This document shows, piece by piece, positions 47,916 to 57,684 of a stretch of 64,000 bases of DNA; the stretch's first letter is position 1, and every line of letters starts with the position of its first letter. The notes under the pieces are model-generated. The model did no database searches. It saw only the letters and a program-made list of their open reading frames with translations, and was not told where the DNA came from. The stretch is from an uncultured Victivallis sp. GTDB taxonomy: Bacteria; Verrucomicrobiota; Lentisphaeria; Victivallales; Victivallaceae. The stretch is taken from assembly GCF_944391105.1 (NCBI RefSeq), contig NZ_CALXSK010000012.1, positions 11,414-75,413 on the forward strand, in the 5' to 3' direction. The position numbers and the translations under genes were made by a program.

Positions 47916-50144
47916 TCACAACAGCGACTGTGCGTCGACATCGACGTAGACGTCGATCCCTTTCGGGACGGGGCGGTGCAATGCGAGCACGCGCAGCGCC
48001 TGCTTCAGAATCTTCATCTTCCGTCCGCGAATCACGAGCATGTAACGGAATTTCCCCTTGATCCGCTCGATCGGGGAGGGCGACGGCCCGGCAATGCGGA
48101 TCTCGTCATGGACGTATTTGCGCACCTCACCCGAAAACGCGGTGGCGTAATCCGCGAGCTTCGACTCATCCTCGCCTCGAAAGAAAACCGTAATCAGATG
48201 CGTGTAAGGCGGATAGTCCAGCAATTCCCGGAACTCAAGGTCGAATTTCGAAAATCCGTCGAAATCGCGGTTTGCGGCATAGAGGATCGTCTCATTCTCC
48301 GGGTTGTGGGTCTGAATGATGACCTCCCCCCGGATGTCGCCGCGCCCGGCCCGGCCGGCCACCTGCGTAATCAGCTGAAATGTCCGCTCATTCGCGCGGA
48401 AATCCGGCATCGAGAGTCCGAGATCGGCGTTGATGATTCCGACGAGCGTCACGTTCGGGAAGTGCAACCCCTTGGCAATCATCTGGGTACCGATGAGAAT
48501 ATCGAGTTCGCCGCGGCGGAACCGTTCAAGCACGATCTCATAGTCGTCAGCGCCGCGCATCGTGTCGGAATCCATGCGCGCTATCCGGGCCGGATAAAAC
48601 ACCGCTCCGGCCGCCGCCTCGATCTTCTCCGTCCCGACACCGGCATAGCGGATCTTCTCCGACCCGCACTGCGGACACTCTCTGTAGGCAGGAATCACCC
48701 CGCCGCACAAGTGGCAGCTCAACAGCTCGCGCTGTTTCGAATAGGTGTAACTCACGGAACAATCCGGGCAGCGCGCTTCGAACCCGCACTCCCCGCAGAT
48801 CATGATCCGCGCATAACCGCGCCGGTTCAGAAAGAGAATACTCTGCTCCCCCCGGTTCATCCGGTCGCGCACCGCCTCGATCAGCATGCGCGAGAAAAAT
48901 GTGCTCTTGCCCGGCTCCGGCGGCCCGTCGAGCCGCTGATCGACGATGCGGATGTGCGGCGGAAGTTTGTTGTCCACCTGCGCCGCCATGCGCGCGAGCA
49001 GAAATTTTCCGGTTTCCGCGTTGTACATGCTTTCCGCCGAAGGAGTTGCCGAACCCAGAATCACAACCGCCCCCTCGAGCTTGCCGCGCATGACCGCGAC
49101 GTCGCGCGCTGAATAGCGCGGGGCTTCGGACTGCTTGTAGCTCGACTCGTGCTCCTCGTCGACGATGATGAGCCCGAGATCGCGGAACGGCGCAAACAAC
49201 GCCGACCGCGCGCCGACCGCAATTTTCACTTCTCCATCGTTGATCCGGTTCCACTCGTCGAACCGCTCCCCGTCGGAGAGGCGGCTGTGCAGAATGCTCA
49301 ATGCATCACCGAAACGCGCCCGAAAGCGACGCACGGTCTGCGGCGTGAGCGAGATCTCCGGGACGAGTACGATCGAGGATTTTCCGCGCTCAAGCGCCAT
49401 CGCAATCGATTGCAGATAAACTTCGGTCTTTCCGGAGTTGGTCACGCCGAGCAGCAGCAGCACATGGCTGGAGGTCTCGCCGTCAAGCATCTTCCGGATC
49501 GTCGAAAGCGCCTTCTTCTGATCGGGCGACGGTTCGAGCGGCTTCGTCGGGATCACCTGTCCCTCCCCGAACACGTCGCGCCGGACAAGCTCCTCGACCG
49601 TCTCGACCAGCCCCTTCCGAACCAGCGTCTGCAGCGAAGAATTTGAAAATGCCGGGACAGATACCTTCAACGATTCGATCGGCTGCGCACCGTCCGACAA
49701 CAGGGATTTGAGCAGATCGACCCGCAACGCGGCCGATGGCTTCGCAGCGTTGACCGCCACGAAATCCGAGGCCGCCTCGCGATCCGCTATCCGGTAGAGT
49801 CTGCGTTTCTTCGGCTTCACTTTGCCGCTGCGCACAGCCGCGGGCAGCAGGGTGCGGATCGCCTGCTCCTGACTGCAGCAGTAGTAGTCGGCCATCCAGC
49901 GGCCGAGCGTCACAAGCTGCTCGGGAACATGGGCGCGATCCCCGCAGATTCCGAGAATCGGTTTGATCTTCCCGGCGTAATCGCTCGTTTCAGCCAGGCT
50001 GAGCACATAACCGTCCCTCCGGGAGCTGCCGAAAGGGACCGACACCATCGTGCCGACTTTGACGCGGCCTTCAAGTTCCGCCGGAATCGCGTAGTCGAAC
50101 TCCTTGTCGAGCGCAAGATCAACGATCACTTTCGCAACAGCCAT
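47916..50144 (-). CDS. priA: Primosomal protein N'
   Basis: GVTNSGKTEVY, LVPEISLTPQ, DEEHESSYKQ, two CxxC zinc pairs, GTQMIAKGLHFP and QVAGRAGR. Confidence 0.96.
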   Translation of the reverse strand: MAVAKVIVDLALDKEFDYAIPAELEGRVKVGTMVSVPFGSSRRDGYVLSLAETSDYAGKIKPILGICGDRAHVPEQLVTLGRWMADYYCCSQEQAIRTLLPAAVRSGKVKPKKRRLYRIADREAASDFVAVNAAKPSAALRVDLLKSLLSDGAQPIESLKVSVPAFSNSSLQTLVRKGLVETVEELVRRDVFGEGQVIPTKPLEPSPDQKKALSTIRKMLDGETSSHVLLLLGVTNSGKTEVYLQSIAMALERGKSSIVLVPEISLTPQTVRRFRARFGDALSILHSRLSDGERFDEWNRINDGEVKIAVGARSALFAPFRDLGLIIVDEEHESSYKQSEAPRYSARDVAVMRGKLEGAVVILGSATPSAESMYNAETGKFLLARMAAQVDNKLPPHIRIVDQRLDGPPEPGKSTFFSRMLIEAVRDRMNRGEQSILFLNRRGYARIMICGECGFEARCPDCSVSYTYSKQRELLSCHLCGGVIPAYRECPQCGSEKIRYAGVGTEKIEAAAGAVFYPARIARMDSDTMRGADDYEIVLERFRRGELDILIGTQMIAKGLHFPNVTLVGIINADLGLSMPDFRANERTFQLITQVAGRAGRGDIRGEVIIQTHNPENETILYAANRDFDGFSKFDLEFRELLDYPPYTHLITVFFRGEDESKLADYATAFSGEVRKYVHDEIRIAGPSPSPIERIKGKFRYMLVIRGRKMKILKQALRVLALHRPVPKGIDVYVDVDAQSLL

Positions 50145-50212
50145 ACCGGTTTTCTCTCCTTCTCTCCCGAAATCGTGGTAATATACCGGGTATTCCGCCC
50201 GAATGCAACCGC

Positions 50213-50245
50213 GAAAAATAAAAAACCGCCCTCCGAAGAGAGCGG
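50213..50245 (-). terminator. Intrinsic terminator after the lipoprotein pair
   Basis: Minus strand ccgctctc-TTCG-gagggcgg followed by ttttttattttt. Confidence 0.88.
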
Positions 50246-50269
50246 CTCCATGTCCGGTATTCCGGCGTC

Positions 50270-50650
50270 TTACTTCACAGCGTTCGCAGAGACATTGATC
50301 GAACGGGTGTAGAAGATGAACCCGCCGACCGAATACTGCGACGCGAGGTCGAGCGTCCGGCTCGCCTTGAGTTCATTGCTCTTGGCCGTGACCATCGGAA
50401 TCATCGACTCGACATTCACCGTATCCTCCAGCACGGCAATGTTGCCCGGACTCGTGGTCGAACCCGTCAAAAGCGGAATGGTAAAGAGATAAATCCCCCA
50501 GTTCTGCGCATTCAGATGCGCGACCGGCGTTCCGGAAAGCGAAACCCGCTGACCATTCAAGTTCGGATTCTGAACTGCTTCAACGCTGGCGCAACCCGCG
50601 AACAGCAGAGCAACGGCAGCAACAGAAAGGAAAAGTGCAATCTTTTTCAT
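50270..50650 (-). CDS. Small lipoprotein of unknown function, paralogue 2
   Basis: MKK signal peptide with LFAGC lipobox. Confidence 0.8.
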   Translation of the reverse strand: MKKIALFLSVAAVALLFAGCASVEAVQNPNLNGQRVSLSGTPVAHLNAQNWGIYLFTIPLLTGSTTSPGNIAVLEDTVNVESMIPMVTAKSNELKASRTLDLASQYSVGGFIFYTRSINVSANAVK

Positions 50651-50694
50651 GAGTACATTCCTGTAAATTAAATGTTATGCATGCCGGAGAGCGC

Positions 50695-51096
50695 TTACTT
50701 CACCGCATTGCCGGAAACCGTGACCGTCTTCACATAGAACAGGAACGGGAACGGAATCGGAATATTGGTGCTGCCTGCCGAAGAGACGAGATCCACCGTC
50801 TCGGAAGCGTTCATCGCCTTCGCCTGTCCCGTGACCATCTTCGTCACCGCGGTGACGTTGCAGGAATCCTCGCCGAACGCAATCGTGCCCGGCGCCTCGG
50901 TCGAACCGACAATCAGAGGAATCCACAACAGGTAAAGCCCGCTGCTGTAACCCGAAATGTGGGCGACTCCAGTGCCGGAAGCGGTGATCTTCTGCCCATT
51001 GAATTTCGACGAATCTGCCGTTTGCAGCGACGAGCAGCCGGCAAACAGAACGGCCACACCTGCCAGAGCAAACAGAAACGCGATTTTTTTCTTCAT
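50695..51096 (-). CDS. Small lipoprotein of unknown function, paralogue 1
   Basis: MKKK signal peptide with LFAGC lipobox; aligns with the neighbour over its whole length. Confidence 0.8.
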   Translation of the reverse strand: MKKKIAFLFALAGVAVLFAGCSSLQTADSSKFNGQKITASGTGVAHISGYSSGLYLLWIPLIVGSTEAPGTIAFGEDSCNVTAVTKMVTGQAKAMNASETVDLVSSAGSTNIPIPFPFLFYVKTVTVSGNAVK

Positions 51097-51185
51097 TTCC
51101 TTGATCCTTCTTTTGCTTGTAAACCGGAAACCGCGAATCTCACCCCACCCGGGCAAAACCCATGCGGACTCCACATCCTGCGCTG

Positions 51186-51214
51186 AATATACCATAATGC
51201 TCTTGAAAATACAA
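51186..51214 (-). promoter_or_regulatory. sigma70-like promoter of the lipoprotein pair
   Basis: Minus strand TTGTAT-N17-TATATT. Confidence 0.6.
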
Positions 51215-51249
51215 GCGGCCCGCAAACAGAATCAATCGAAAAACGGAAT

Positions 51250-54120
51250 TTACTTCTCCGGCTCGAGATATGCTTTCAGATACCGCCCGGTATGGGAACG
51301 TTTCACCTTCGCGACCTCCTCGGGAGTCCCCTTCGCAATGACCCGTCCTCCGTGATTGCCCCCTTCCGGCCCCATGTCGATGATGTAATCAGCCGTCTTG
51401 ATGACATCAAGATTATGTTCGATCACAATGACCGTGTTGCCCATGTCACGCAACCGGCAGAGCACTTTAAGCAACTGATCGATGTCGGCAAGATGCAGTC
51501 CCGTCGTCGGCTCATCGAGGATGTAGACCGTGTGGCCGCGCGGAATGCGCGCAAGTTCCGCGGCAAGTTTGACCCGCTGCGCCTCTCCGCCCGAAAGTGT
51601 CGTTGCCGGCTGCCCCAGCGTGATATAGCCGAGCCCGACCTCCTGCAGCGTCTTGAACTTTCGCGCAAGAGACGGAACCGCACGGAAGAACTCCACCGCC
51701 TGATTCACCGTCATATCGAGCACATCAGCGATGTTTTTCTTCTTGTAATGGACGCCGAGCGTCTCCTTGTTGAACCGACGCCCCCCACAGGCGGAACACT
51801 CCACGTAGACGTCCGAAAGGAACTGCATTTCGATCTTCTTGATGCCGTCGCCGCGACACTCCTCACAGCGCCCGCCTTTCACATTGAAGCTGAACCGCCC
51901 CGGTCCGTAGCCGCGCACCTTCGACTCGGGCAGCTCGGAAAAGAGCTTGCGGATCGCGCCGAACGCGTCTGTGTAGGTGGCCGGATTCGAGCGCGGCGTG
52001 CGCCCGATCGGACTCTGATCGATCACAATCGCCTTGTCCACATATTCAAGGCCTTCGATCGCGGTATGCTTCCCGGGGGGCAGATCCTGAATCCCCTGAT
52101 GCGCGTTCAGAGCCCGCACGAGGATCCCGTTGATGAGCGAACTCTTGCCGGAACCCGAAACCCCGGTCACACAGGTGAAGGTTCCGAGCGGAATCTCGAC
52201 ATCGACCTTCTTCAGATTGTTCAGCGCCGCGCCGAGAATGCGCAACTTCTTACCGTTCCCTGGATTGCGCGTCTCCGGAACCGCGATCTCGCGGCGTCCG
52301 GCGAGAAAATCCCCGGTCAGGGAACGAGGAAATGCCGGAATCTCTTCCGGCTTTCCGTAAGCGACAAGTTCCCCGCCGTGCACACCCGCTCCGGGGCCCA
52401 GGTCGAGAACGTAGTCAGCCCTCCGGATCGTGTCGAGATCGTGTTCGACCACAAGCACTGTGTTGCCGATGTCGCGCAGTTTTTCAAGGGTGTCGAGCAG
52501 CCGGTCATTGTCTCGCTGATGCAATCCGATCGACGGTTCGTCGAGAATGTAGAGCACTCCGACCAGCCCGCAGCCGAGCTGGGTCGCGAGACGGATCCGC
52601 TGCGCCTCGCCTCCCGAAAGCGTACTTGAAACACGGTTCAGCGTCAAATAATTCAACCCTACGTCGGAAAGGAATGCAAGGCGGCTGCGAATCTCCTTGA
52701 GGATATCCCCGGCAATCGCCGCCTGCTCCCCCTCAAGCTTCAGATTCGTCACGAAATCCCGCGCCGCCTCCACCGAAAGCGCGTTGAACTCGTGCAGTCC
52801 GAGTCCTCCGACCGTCACGGCCAGACTGACCGGATTGAGACGCGCGCCATGGCAGACCGGACACTCCTGCGGACTCAGATATTCGCCGAGACGTTCGCGC
52901 ACGGAGTCCGACTCCGTCTCCTCCATGCGGCGGCGCAGATTATCAAGCACCCCCTCGAACGGCTTGCTCCAGTGGTATTTGCGACCGTGCATCCAGTAGT
53001 CGAATTCGAGCGGTTCCTTCCCGCTGCCGTAGAGAATGACCTGCCTGACCCTTTCCGGAAGCTCTCCGAACGGTGTCGTCAACATCGCGGGTTCCTTCAA
53101 CCACTCGGCGAGTTTGCGCAGCAGCAGATTGTAGTAGATAATCAGATGACGCGGGCCGCGACGCCATCCTGGAATTGCCCCGTTTTTGATCGAGAGCGAT
53201 GGATCCGGAATCACCTTCGCAGGATCCATCACCTGCTGAATCCCGAGCCCGTTGCAGTGCGGACACGCTCCGTACGGGGAGTTGAATGAAAAGTTGCGTG
53301 GCAGCAGCTCCCCGTAGGAGACGCCACAGTGGACGCAGGCGAGGTTTTCGCTGAACGACTCCTCCGTGAACTCCGGTGCTTCCTCTGCCGAAGCGGGCGC
53401 CTCGAGCAGTACGGTCAGTGTTCCACCGCCGTGACGCAATGCGAGCTCCACCGAATCGGTCAGACGGGACGCGTCGGTTTTCCCGGTGATGAGCCGGTCG
53501 ACAACCGCCTCGATCGTATGGCGTTTCGTCTTTTCGAGCGCGGGAGGCTCCTCCTCGTCGAGGGAGACGATCTTCCCGTCGACGCGGGCGCGGACGAACC
53601 CCTCCGAACGAATCGACTCGAACACGTCGCGATGCTCCCCCTTCTTGCCGCTGACGAACGGAGCGAGGATCATCATCCGGTTTCCTGGACGCAACGCAAG
53701 CAACTGTGTTGCAATCGCTTCCGCAGACTGAGACGCAAGAACTCTCCCGCAGTGCGGACAGTGCGGCACTCCGACGTGCGCATAGAGAAGCCGGAGATAG
53801 TCATAGATCTCCGTCACCGTTGCAACGGTCGAACGCGGCGTTCCTCCGGCCGTGCGCTGTTCAATCGCAATCGCCGGTGAAAGTCCTTCGATGTGTTCGA
53901 CTTTCGGCTTTTGCATGCGATCGAGGAACTGCCGCGCATAAGCGGAGAGACTCTCAACATAGCGCCGCTGCCCCTCGGCGTAAAGCGTATCGAACGCGAG
54001 TGACGATTTTCCCGAACCGGAGAGCCCGGTGATGACGACAAGCTGATTGCGCGGAATCGTCACATCGACGTTCTTCAGATTATGCTGTGACGCGCCGCGA
54101 ATTTCGATTTTTTCGAACAT
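51250..54120 (-). CDS. uvrA: Excinuclease ABC subunit A
   Basis: Two ABC modules (GLSGSGKSSL, LSGGEAQRI, GVSGSGKSSL, LDEPTTGLH), zinc fingers and FSFNSPYGAC. Confidence 0.97.
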   Translation of the reverse strand: MFEKIEIRGASQHNLKNVDVTIPRNQLVVITGLSGSGKSSLAFDTLYAEGQRRYVESLSAYARQFLDRMQKPKVEHIEGLSPAIAIEQRTAGGTPRSTVATVTEIYDYLRLLYAHVGVPHCPHCGRVLASQSAEAIATQLLALRPGNRMMILAPFVSGKKGEHRDVFESIRSEGFVRARVDGKIVSLDEEEPPALEKTKRHTIEAVVDRLITGKTDASRLTDSVELALRHGGGTLTVLLEAPASAEEAPEFTEESFSENLACVHCGVSYGELLPRNFSFNSPYGACPHCNGLGIQQVMDPAKVIPDPSLSIKNGAIPGWRRGPRHLIIYYNLLLRKLAEWLKEPAMLTTPFGELPERVRQVILYGSGKEPLEFDYWMHGRKYHWSKPFEGVLDNLRRRMEETESDSVRERLGEYLSPQECPVCHGARLNPVSLAVTVGGLGLHEFNALSVEAARDFVTNLKLEGEQAAIAGDILKEIRSRLAFLSDVGLNYLTLNRVSSTLSGGEAQRIRLATQLGCGLVGVLYILDEPSIGLHQRDNDRLLDTLEKLRDIGNTVLVVEHDLDTIRRADYVLDLGPGAGVHGGELVAYGKPEEIPAFPRSLTGDFLAGRREIAVPETRNPGNGKKLRILGAALNNLKKVDVEIPLGTFTCVTGVSGSGKSSLINGILVRALNAHQGIQDLPPGKHTAIEGLEYVDKAIVIDQSPIGRTPRSNPATYTDAFGAIRKLFSELPESKVRGYGPGRFSFNVKGGRCEECRGDGIKKIEMQFLSDVYVECSACGGRRFNKETLGVHYKKKNIADVLDMTVNQAVEFFRAVPSLARKFKTLQEVGLGYITLGQPATTLSGGEAQRVKLAAELARIPRGHTVYILDEPTTGLHLADIDQLLKVLCRLRDMGNTVIVIEHNLDVIKTADYIIDMGPEGGNHGGRVIAKGTPEEVAKVKRSHTGRYLKAYLEPEK

Positions 54121-54188
54121 ACGATGCGATCCTTTCTTCGATCCTTATAATATAATGCCAAATCGAAGAAAAGTATACCGCGATCCGC

Positions 54189-54217
54189 AAAAAACCGGCA
54201 GGAAAAACGTCCCGGTT
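54189..54217 (-). terminator. Putative intrinsic terminator after the GH5 gene
   Basis: Minus strand aaccgg...ccggtt stem followed by a T-run. Confidence 0.5.
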
Positions 54218-55752
54218 CAAAAGCGATTCCGCTTCATGTATTTCAACAGCACCCGGCGGCGCGGAGTGTCGCCGATCTTGCGGGGATCGCTTTTGACGGA
54301 ACCACGCTCCGCGTCCCACCCCTCGTACTCCCGGAACGCGTGATACGTCCAGTCCCAGCCGTACTTTTCAAAGATCGAAATCACATCCTCAAGCCACTGT
54401 TCCGCTCCGGGCGACCAGCGTGCGACACCGAATTCACCGACATAAATCGGAACCTGGTATTTCCGCTGAAATGCGATCACCGGAGCCATCTCCCGCTCAA
54501 GCATCTCGCGATTCCAGAGCTTGCCCGCGATCACGCCCGGGTAGACGACGTTCTCCGGACGGTTGTAGATGCCCTGATGGGTGTATTCCGCCGGATTGTA
54601 GATGTGGAAGCTGTAAACCACATTCGGCACGTCGATTGGAATGAGATTCTCAAACCCGGCTGCGCTTCCCCACTGTGCGGACTCCACGATGATCGGCGTA
54701 TCGGGGTCGACCTCACGGATCGCCCTGGCCACCTTCTCCGCCAACCGGTTCCAATCGAGTCCGCCCTCCGGCGTATAGACATAGTTCTCCTCACGCGGTT
54801 CATTCAGGAGGTCGTATCCCCAGATGACGGGTTCATCCCGGTATTTTGCGGCAATCTCCCGCCAGACGTCGGCAAGGAGCTGCTGCATTTCCGGTTCCCA
54901 GCTCAACTTGTTGCTGAGCAACTCATTCAGGCTTGTGCCGGGACCGACGTGCATGTCGATCAGCAACCGGATGCCGTACTGCCGGACGATCGGAATAACC
55001 GCATCGAGCTCCTTCAAATTGCGTTCGATGATTTTTCGAAATCCCGCCGGGGTCGTGTGATCTTCGCCACGCAGGCGCTTGATCTGATAACGCATGAGAT
55101 TCGCATTCCACACTTCGCGCAGCTCACGGAACGCCTCGGGCGAAAGGTCGCCGCCCGACATCACGCCGCGGAACTTCGTCTCCTTCTGAAGCGGGGCGGA
55201 GTTCCGGGAGGCCGGAGCCGGCGGAGTCGGAGCCGGAACGAGCGAAACTTTCACATCGTCGACCCAAACTTTCCCCGTGCATCCCTGCAGACCGATACAG
55301 AGTTCCACCTTCTGCGCCGAGTGCGGAATCCGGGCAAACACGGTGAATTTCCGCCAGTCGTAACTTCCGAACGCCTTCTCCTGATCGGGATGATTCTTCC
55401 CTCCATCACGCCCGGTGACGGCCAGCATAAGTTTCGGCCCGAGGTAGGAGAGTTCGGGGCGTCCGACCTCTTCGGCCTTCATCCAGCCCTCAACCAGAAC
55501 GGCACGCCCCTGAAGTTTCTCCACCTCGAGCGGAATCGCGGCGAGCGAACTCTGATCCTTGCGCGTATTCTCAAACAACACGCAGCCTGAATCCGCAATG
55601 CCGCCTTGCGCCTCGTACCGCATGGTCGGCGGCCGATTCCAGCCGTCGAGCGAGCCGAGAGTGTTGAAATCATTCCGAAAGACCACCTCTTCCGCCAGAG
55701 AAAGCACGGCGGTGGCCGAAAGCAGCACGGCAGACAGGAAAACTCTCATCAT
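54217..55752 (-). CDS. Secreted glycoside hydrolase family 5 with N-terminal carbohydrate-binding-module-like domain
   Basis: Signal peptide; LLIDMH, WGYDLLNEP (acid/base), YSFHIY and IYVGEFG (nucleophile). Confidence 0.88.
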   Translation of the reverse strand: MMRVFLSAVLLSATAVLSLAEEVVFRNDFNTLGSLDGWNRPPTMRYEAQGGIADSGCVLFENTRKDQSSLAAIPLEVEKLQGRAVLVEGWMKAEEVGRPELSYLGPKLMLAVTGRDGGKNHPDQEKAFGSYDWRKFTVFARIPHSAQKVELCIGLQGCTGKVWVDDVKVSLVPAPTPPAPASRNSAPLQKETKFRGVMSGGDLSPEAFRELREVWNANLMRYQIKRLRGEDHTTPAGFRKIIERNLKELDAVIPIVRQYGIRLLIDMHVGPGTSLNELLSNKLSWEPEMQQLLADVWREIAAKYRDEPVIWGYDLLNEPREENYVYTPEGGLDWNRLAEKVARAIREVDPDTPIIVESAQWGSAAGFENLIPIDVPNVVYSFHIYNPAEYTHQGIYNRPENVVYPGVIAGKLWNREMLEREMAPVIAFQRKYQVPIYVGEFGVARWSPGAEQWLEDVISIFEKYGWDWTYHAFREYEGWDAERGSVKSDPRKIGDTPRRRVLLKYMKRNRF

Positions 55753-55762
55753 CGCAATCCTC

Positions 55763-56467
55763 TCAACGGTCGTAAAGATTATTCCATTTCATATCCCAGC
55801 GCAGCGGATGCCAGTGCGTCGTCTCGACATGTCCATCGAAAAAGGTGACGTTGGCATAGGAGTTTCCACCGTGACGGAAAGCGACGGGAGAAGTGCTCGG
55901 ATCCGTATTCTCCTCCCCGTGATAGTTGCCGAATTCAGCGGTCCACTGCGCAATCATCCAGTCGATGCCGTCCGCAAAGGCGACCGACAGCGACGGCTGC
56001 GCCAGACGCGATATCTTGATCGGAACCGCAAGACTCGGCCGCGGATCAAGTTTGTTGTGAAAATCGTAGTTCATTCCGTAACTCGCTTCGAGATGTTCCC
56101 ATTTCGCGCTGTCCCCCACCTTCAGAAACGCTCGCGACATCGGGCAGAGCATCCCCGAAGCGATTCTTTCATCGCAGTGATTCAATGCGGGATTTTCATA
56201 AACGATGCCGCCGAGGAGGCGTCGATAGGCAAGGTTCTGGTACCATGCTTTGCCTCCCTGACCGCAAAGCATAGGTACCCAGCAACCGTCGTAACTGTCG
56301 GCATACATGATTCCAGCCAGACCCATCTGCTTCAAATTGCCGGAGCATTTGATCTGCTTTGCGCGATCGCGCGCACCGTTCAATGCCGGCAGCAGCATTC
56401 CGGCCAGAATCGTGATAATCGCAATAACAACGAGAAGCTCAATCAATGTAAAGTGTTGCCGTTTCAT
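55763..56467 (-). CDS. Prepilin-type N-terminal cleavage/methylation protein (DUF1559 / H-X9-DG-like)
   Basis: [31 protein letters not shown] and C-terminal RH...[10 protein letters not shown]. Confidence 0.92.
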   Translation of the reverse strand: MKRQHFTLIELLVVIAIITILAGMLLPALNGARDRAKQIKCSGNLKQMGLAGIMYADSYDGCWVPMLCGQGGKAWYQNLAYRRLLGGIVYENPALNHCDERIASGMLCPMSRAFLKVGDSAKWEHLEASYGMNYDFHNKLDPRPSLAVPIKISRLAQPSLSVAFADGIDWMIAQWTAEFGNYHGEENTDPSTSPVAFRHGGNSYANVTFFDGHVETTHWHPLRWDMKWNNLYDR

Positions 56468-57500
56468 GTTTTACACTCCTGTTATTTTCCGGTGAATCCG
56501 CGAAGACAATTTCATGAGAAACGGGCAGACGACGCGCAAGACGAGGCATGCGTTCCGCCCCGAGTTCCAGAAGGTCGACCACTTCCGGAGCAATCCGTTC
56601 GAGATGGGTGTGAACCCGCAAACCATTGAAGTGCCATTTCCGGTCGATCCAGAGGTCGTCACAAGCGATCAGACAGCGATTGAGTTCCGGATGTCGCCGG
56701 ATCGCCTCGGGAAATCCGATCGCCTTGCAGTTGAAGATGATACCTTCAGGAGGACAACCAAGTGCGACCATCCGGTCCAGCTCCTGTTCCGACTCCCGGT
56801 CCGGCCCGAGAACGCATCCGGCAGGAAACGTTATCCCCGCCTCTGCGCAGGCGCGTTCAACTCCGACAACCGCTTCCGGATGATCGCCCGACATCACAAG
56901 AGCAAGCCGTCTGGCGCCATTCGAAATCATCCATCCGGCGATCTCGTAATTCTCTTCCTCGAAATCATAGTAGTAACAGTCAAACCCCGGAATCCGGCCG
57001 CTCAAAACCACGACCGGAATCGTCTCGGCGATGCGCTGCATATCGGGGATCACCTTCTCTTCCCCCACCCACCAGCAGATGCCGGAAAGCATTGAAAGTT
57101 CCGGGAACCGCTCCTGCTGAGTTTCACCCATCGTTATAAGTTTCAACAAGTTGTGATTGTCCCGCGCAAGCAGTTCTTCCCCGATGCATCCGGCCATGTG
57201 GAATGCGTCGCGACTCAAAAATGCCCAGCGACCGTCCCCGAAGACGATTCCCCAGATCTTGCCCTCTCTCGTCGCAAGTTTGCCCGGATTGCTGAACAAT
57301 CCCACTCCCGGGCGGTTCGTCAAATACTCCTCTTTCACCAGTTCCTGAAGCGCACGAACCACCGTCGGCTGGCTGACGCCGAACTTTTCCGCGAGGTCCC
57401 GGCTCGACGGCAGACGCGTAACCGACCCCCTGCTCGCAGCAAGCCAGTCGAACACATAGTGCCGAATCCGCATGAACGATGCCAGCGCCTGATTTTTCAT
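56439..57500 (-). CDS. GntR-family HTH regulator with LacI-like sensor domain
   Basis: [25 protein letters not shown]...PGVGLF winged HTH plus about 280 aa C-terminal domain. Confidence 0.82.
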   Translation of the reverse strand: MKNQALASFMRIRHYVFDWLAASRGSVTRLPSSRDLAEKFGVSQPTVVRALQELVKEEYLTNRPGVGLFSNPGKLATREGKIWGIVFGDGRWAFLSRDAFHMAGCIGEELLARDNHNLLKLITMGETQQERFPELSMLSGICWWVGEEKVIPDMQRIAETIPVVVLSGRIPGFDCYYYDFEEENYEIAGWMISNGARRLALVMSGDHPEAVVGVERACAEAGITFPAGCVLGPDRESEQELDRMVALGCPPEGIIFNCKAIGFPEAIRRHPELNRCLIACDDLWIDRKWHFNGLRVHTHLERIAPEVVDLLELGAERMPRLARRLPVSHEIVFADSPENNRSVKHETATLYID

Positions 57501-57529
57501 CCCTTCTCCGCATTCTACTGAACAAAGGA

Positions 57530-57559
57530 GATTCACTACATGAATCACCAGTTATCACC
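57530..57559. promoter_or_regulatory. Candidate operator: GATTCA-N5-TGAATC palindrome plus ATCACC direct repeat
   Basis: Palindrome 57530-57546; ATCACC at 57544 and 57554; just downstream of the promoter. Confidence 0.45.
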
Positions 57560-57567
57560 TGGCATAT

Positions 57568-57596
57568 ATTATGACTCAAATCACAGAAAATGTCAA
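57568..57596 (-). promoter_or_regulatory. sigma70 promoter of the regulator-pilin-GH5 operon
   Basis: Minus strand TTGACA-N17-CATAAT. Confidence 0.8.
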
Positions 57597-57607
57597 GACG
57601 TATTTTG

Positions 57608-57648
57608 AAAAAAAACAAAAAAACGGCTGCCTGACGGAAAGCAGCCGT
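57608..57648 (-). terminator. Intrinsic terminator
   Basis: acggctgc/gcagccgt stem followed on the minus strand by a long T-run. Confidence 0.8.
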
Positions 57649-57684
57649 CGCCGGCTGACAAAAGCCGGAAATACAGGGGGATTA

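Noticed and set aside
51097-51185. Riboswitch in the lipoprotein leader
   Set aside because: Only a small gggttttgccc hairpin; no recognisable aptamer consensus
54140-54165. sigma54 promoter for uvrA (minus strand TGGCATTATATTATAA)
   Set aside because: No GC at the -12 position
57560-57576. sigma54 promoter TGGCATATATTATGAC
   Set aside because: GA instead of GC at -12, and it overlaps a consensus sigma70 promoter on the other strand
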